A stretch of 54,952 bases of DNA, counting the filler, from Sphacelaria rigidula (lineage: Eukaryota), in NCBI GenBank assembly GCA_964200075.2. It is 4 parts of 4 records of this genome, joined end to end, with 100 filler letters (N's around TTAATTAATTAA, not from the genome) between each part and the next. Parts side by side here need not be neighbours in the genome. Positions count along the whole stretch, not along the records: positions 41,294 to 54,952 come from CAXNAA020002739.1; 3 more parts are not named here. The stretch is one strand, 5' to 3'. Below, piece by piece: positions 49,478 through 54,952 of the stretch. Both the position numbers and the translations under genes were made by a program. The notes beneath the pieces were generated by a model. The model did no database searches. It saw only the letters and a list, made by a program, of their open reading frames with translations, and had not been told where the DNA came from. Position 1 is the stretch's first letter. Every line of letters starts with the position of its first letter.

Positions 49478-52400
49478 TTTTTTATGACCTTGACATGAAT
49501 ATTTTACTTTTTGGCTGAAGACCGCCATGAAAGCAGTATAAAGGTCTCTACGAAGAGCTGCATTAGCTGTGGTGGTGTTCAATGTACATGAACAACTCGT
49601 GCGGTGGAGTGATATTTTCCGCAGTAGAGCTCACGAATTGACCGTAAAACATGGTTGATATGGTTGATCACTTGGTTTTAGAGTGAACACCGATATTCGT
49701 ATCTTCAGAAGGGCTGACCGTCCGAAGTGCACCTAGCTTGCGCAGAACGTGTATTAGGCGCCGATTTGAGGTCTGCCAAAGCACGCTTTGCCTAGAGCAA
49801 CCTTTGCACCCCCCTTCTCCGAGGGTTCTAGTATACCTCAGTCGGGGTCAGTGCGCGGGTTAGGGTTAGGGCTTTCAGGGCTAGGTGAAATCATGAATTT
49901 CTCAAGACGATATGTCAACCATAGTTCATAACCATTGCGTAGACACAGCTCCTTTCCCCGCACCCCTTCTAAAGGGTGCGGCGTGGTCCTCCAGCCAACT
50001 CGGAAACTCAGCACCCTCACCGTGTTTTCGTCACACCACATCACTTCGATCTTCCTGATTCGCGGTCAACTCGAATCCATCTCTCGAAAACAATGTACAT
50101 CCTTGCTTCAAACCCAGTAGCATAACAAGTTATTCGACTTCAGATTATTGGTCTGGCGACGCCTCACATCCTAATTCGCAGAATTTGGAGTGCTCCCCTC
50201 GCCCGTCAACTTCGGGCTTGAGTAGGAAAATAGTTTTTTTCTCATAAGAATCTGGCTCGCAATCCATCAGACCGGGGTCTGTCAAAATGCGATCGGTTTG
50301 CTGATACGTGTTACGGCCTACCTGACTGACGTTGGCGGATAGCTCCGACATACCCTCACGTACGCTACAGTCGGGTTAACGTTTTCCCCTCTTCCGCGAC
50401 GATACTTGGGTGCAGGCATATGTGCATGGTGATGCGAGGGGTGAAGAAGCAAGGTTCGAGCACCGTGACAAGCAGCGTTAACGGGTGTTTCCAGGCAGAT
50501 TCCAGAACCAGGGCGGAGTTCTTCAGCCTCGTTGGCCTTAACAAGTAGCTCTTACAGCGTGTTCGAATTGATGAGCATTTTCCAGCGTATGTCAATCACT
50601 CGTACAGTAGGGGCTAGTCCTGAGTACTGAAGGTGAAGATGGTGCTTGCTGGTGGCTGGCCTAACTAAAGTACCCCAGAGGACGGAATGCATTACCCTCA
50701 GGAGATGCTTGTCGTCGCCGTCAAGCGGTCGCCGGGGTAGGTTGATAGTGTACCGTTTTAGGCACTCACATGCCTGTAGTGTGGGGTCCTGATTCTTGAC
50801 AAACTTGTTCTCGAGAAAATCGTGGTTGAAAACGTACACTCAAAGAGTGTTATTCCCCGTCACCTGCGATAGAGGCATCGATCAGACAAGAGGGGTCCGA
50901 ACATGTGGGGGCGCTTCCCCTGTACTGCAATTCTACGCGCGCTGTGTATGTGTGTTCCGTTCTCGGTCCAATTGCTCATACCCGTGGTCGTGGAACGATA
51001 TTCTTGGGATCAGGGAGACGATATCTTGCTTGCATCTGATAGGCCAAGGTGGACGACATCATTACACAGACGCACATCCCAACCAACATGAAAAGTATCA
51101 GCCTTGGAATCCAGTAACAGATACGTGGAGTAGAAGTACGTAGTTTGTATACGGTATTTGTGGCGTGGGTTTTATCCTTAGATATGGTTCAAGAGGGCGC
51201 TCACATGAAACGCAGTGCAGCAAAAAGTAGATTGTGTTTTCATGGTGTCTGACTTATTTAGAGTGGCCGTCTTTGTATGGGGCAAGTAAGCCACGTGCAC
51301 TGGAAGGGCGGCGCAGCATTCTTCACTCAAGATGACGCCCCTCTTTGGCACTCAGCACTTAACTAGCGCCGCGTGTATAGACATGTGCACGCGAGTCCTG
51401 AGGGTGAAGGAGTAGAGATACGGTATTCGATTAGTACTTTGGTGATGTTTGGCGACGCGTCTTTGAAGAAGCCATTACGTAGTTTCGAGTGCAGCACGTA
51501 CGATGTTGTACAGCTTGCTGAGAAGCAGGCCCTCTTGGCTTGCTTTCATGCTTACGACACGATGTATTTAGCAAACGACTACTGAAGTTCTCTTGGAAAG
51601 ACTGGTCAAAAACTATATGATCTCATTGTGTCCCAGAGTCTTGAAAGAATGCCAAGTCACAGAGTCCGCTGATCGGTGCCATTTGAATCATCCCTCGTGG
51701 AACAGCTGTGGTCTGGCATCGATCGATGACCTCCTCGCAGTTGACTCCTGGCACTTAACTGCTCCGTTTCTTCCACTTAATGAGGCACAATGAGGAGAGC
51801 ACTCTCCACACCTGAATCAGACTTCGTACATCCAAAGGAGTTGACCGACTACACGATTACACGATGATATGCCGTAAGCCGCAGGATTTCAATATTCGAA
51901 GTACCCAATTAATACCATCACCTTGTTTGATAGTGTAACAAATAAAGTTTGACGGAAGGTGACTCCGTGAGGGAGTGGTGGTGCAATTCGCAATACCAAA
52001 TTTTCAGTCATGTATCGCGGGAGAGGTGAGTTGATGTGACTCCTTGAGAAAACGAATTCGTCGCGAGGAAAGAAAGGGGTCAGCGTGACGGATAAGATAT
52101 TCCAATTTCACGTAGTTAATTTGGTTTCTGCTCCGAATAAAAGTTTGACTGTTTTTTTGCCACTCGATTTTTGCTACTTCTGTTTTGCTAGATTTTTCCA
52201 CTCCAAAACCCCTGTTGATCTCGGTTTTTGGGGAAAACTTTATCAAACAAAAACCAAACGCATCTTGCTCCAGGGGGCACCTGGACACACAGCAGTTGCT
52301 GCTGTCTACCGCAGGTACCGTAGGTGAGGTAGCACGGATAGGACAAATGAAGTCGTGATTCAACTCATGTTCATCATTTCAACGAATGAAATATACTAGT

Positions 52401-53176
52401 CGTACATCATTTGTACTTCATACAGGTTTCGACTTCCTGTGTCGTGCAGTACACCATCAACGACCGTTTCCTACCTCCAGGTCAAAGGGGGTAGATCATA
52501 GACACATGTTGACCCCCTGTTCCAATTTTCAAATTGGTTGTTGCCTCAAGCTATTCCAGATTCTGTGACAGAAAACACTCTGGTTTTTTTCGGAATACTT
52601 TAAAAAAAACGAGGAGAACTTAAAAAAAAGGGCAAACATCACAGTAGGGTATATACCATGGTGCATTAGCCACAAACGTGGGTACCCTCTTTGTTTGGAG
52701 GAGAAATGAGCGCAGCTGATTGGCCAACGACCATTTTCACCCGGCGGCGGCCGTAGACGGCCATGGTGTACCCTGCTGTGACAACTTTTCTCCCAATTGT
52801 ACCCTTGTCTTTGGAAATTGTACCCACATGTGACGAGAAATCAGTCTCTTCTATCGGCCATCTTCGACGTAACAATCGCTTCCCGCTCCCAGCAAAGGGC
52901 CCCAAAATATGGGTGTATTCAGTATGAATACGAGGTTTGTGTTGGCGGATGACGAATTATAAGGGATGTACTCTGGCGTATGCCGAAGTTGAAATAAGAT
53001 ATAAGGGATCGCGTGTCCAAGGCGCAAACGCCGCAGAGTTGGTTCAAGCGGGCGAGACTGGTCTGGTGCAAGAGCACCGAAGAAGCAGACAGTATCACTC
53101 GAGACCAGTTGAACAGGCAGCGACACGCCAGCAGTCTCAGTAGTACAGTAGTCCCTGGCACTTGATCGATTTTACA

Positions 53177-54952
53177 ATGGACAACACATCAACATCGGGA
53201 GCAGCAGCAGCAGCGGGAGGAGCAGCTTCGCAAAGCCAAGGCCAACACCCCCACAGCACAGCAGGAGCTCGAGCATCGGCAGGGGCAAAAGAAGGAAGGA
53301 CCGCAGGAAGGGAACCACGCCGAGCCTCGGCACCACAAGCCGGAGGCACGCACAGCAACCCGATCTCCGTCAACCAGCATGCCCGCCCGCAAGGTAGTGC
53401 AGGCCAGTTAAACACTGACGTAACTGCACCCCCCCCACCGCCACTCGGACCCCCACCAAGCCCAAGCGAGCCATCAGACATTCTAGCTCAAATCCTGCAG
53501 GCACAGGCGAAAACGAACATCAACATGGAACAGCAACACCAGCAAAGCCTCCACCGACAGCAGCAACAGAGCCAGGCAATCTCGAACCTTCAAGAGCAGG
53601 TACATCTCCTCCAGTACGGACAACCACAACAGCAAGGCGGGGCCGTCTAAGGGGGGGTCGGCCGGCAGCCGGCGGGCGCCGCACAGCAACAGCACATGGC
53701 GGGGGGAAGAGCAAACGGGGCCTCCCCGCTCGCACCCAGCGCCCCACTGCCACCACCCATCGGAGGGCCACTACCGCATCACCAACCCCAACAGTCGCAG
53801 CCACATCACCATCATCAACAGCAACAACAGCAACAACAGCATCAACCTCAGCAGCACGAGCAGCACCAACAACCGCAACCGCCGCAGCAACAACAGCAAC
53901 CGCAGCCGGACCAGCACCACGTACAACAACTCCATCAACAGCAACCACAGCAATACCAACAAGCACAGCCGCAATCCCCGATCCACCAACTCCTTCAACT
54001 TCTCAGCGGCGGGGGAGGGGGTCAGATCCAACAACTCATGCATGCAATGGGAGCGGCCAACGCCGCCCCCGCCAGTACGAAGAAAGCCGAAGAAATGCAG
54101 GAGAAGCGGGATATCAACAGCTGGCTCTCGGACGAAAACAAGGCACTCTTCCACATCCTCAGGGGCGGGGTCTCCATTCCCATTGCCATGTCTGACGCAA
54201 ACTTGAAACTAAAACTCCGCGACGTGGCCGACACCAACCGGGGCATGCTGAGCAATCTCCAGACGTTGACCGACGTAGATGTCACCAACTTTCACTCCCC
54301 GGTGCCGCCTGGCATAAAAGAACCCTACTTTCGCGCTGAGGTCCATGTCACAACATTCACCAAGGCGCTGACCATCATCATCAACTTCGGCACCACCGAC
54401 AACGACGGGGGGCGGGATAGGCGAGCCTTCATCACAGGAGAAGTGTCGAGGATGGCGTCGGCGCTGGGCGCGTATACGGAAAAAATTACGCCGCTCTACA
54501 CAGAGACGAGGCGGCCGTCAAAACCCGCATAATCACTGACTTTAACCACGACATCAACGGGTGGCTCACAGAATGCCGGGACGCGGGATTGAACCTACGC
54601 ATGGAGTCTCCCGCCGCCCCACCTGCCAACGGGCAGGGCCCCGCGGCGCCGGTGCCATCGTTCACCCGTGTAAAAACGCTCACCGCCGACGGCCACCCCA
54701 GCAGCCTCATCGGTCGCCAAAACCCCGGGCTCGCGGTAGCAGGCTCACCCGCGCAGCCCGCCCCCAAGACAGCCGTCAAGCGAAAGGTACTCCCCGACGG
54801 GGGCACGAGCAACGCGGTCAAACGTGTCGCTCCCCGACCCCCGCCGTACCCGCCCCAGTGGCGACACCTTACACCACCTTACACCGACTTCATTGCCGAA
54901 CTGGCGTCATGGGCCCCGCCGGCGGGCGGCGGCGTACGAGCTTGGCAGGGGC
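53177..54952 (+). pseudogene. Long intronless Q/P-rich ORF with one in-frame stop and one frameshift; gag/ORF1-like of an unidentified retroelement
   Basis: ORFs 53162-53650 and 53696-54532 share a frame across TAA 53648. The shifted frame from ~54505 (DEAAVKTRIITDFNHDINGWL..) stays open to the window end. Confidence 0.55.

Noticed and set aside
49857..49885. GGGTTAGGGTTAGGG as a telomere
   Set aside because: Only two to three units, internal, and similar to MITE cores.

Overview
Eukaryotic, intron-rich and transposon-saturated DNA; gene content, long GT-AG introns and repeat style suggest a brown alga or other stramenopile (inference). The window is four scaffolds joined by artificial 100-bp linkers (N44-TTAATTAATTAA-N44 at 13667, 27433 and 41194). 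Three host genes are visible: (1) two 5' exons of a DEAD-box RNA helicase separated by an 8.2-kb intron containing a multi-level nest of transposons; (2) exon 1 of GPN2 on the minus strand; (3) head-to-head with GPN2, a 7-exon, ~775-aa gene whose C-terminus is a clear B9D2-type ciliary B9/C2 domain preceded by a ~600-aa low-complexity extension. The ORF track misses most of the B9 domain. Mobile elements: a full-length decayed Ty1/copia element (3204-9839, TSD GTTGC) carrying three nested insertions; a decayed APE-RT LINE (46000-49477) whose 3' ends here are consistently C-rich rather than A-tailed; many MITE families (TGT..ACA ends with telomere-like cores, ~100-bp piggyBac-like, hAT-like composite, 4-bp-TSD types); and a disrupted Q-rich gag-like ORF running off the right edge. 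No rRNA, tRNA or CRISPR array was found.
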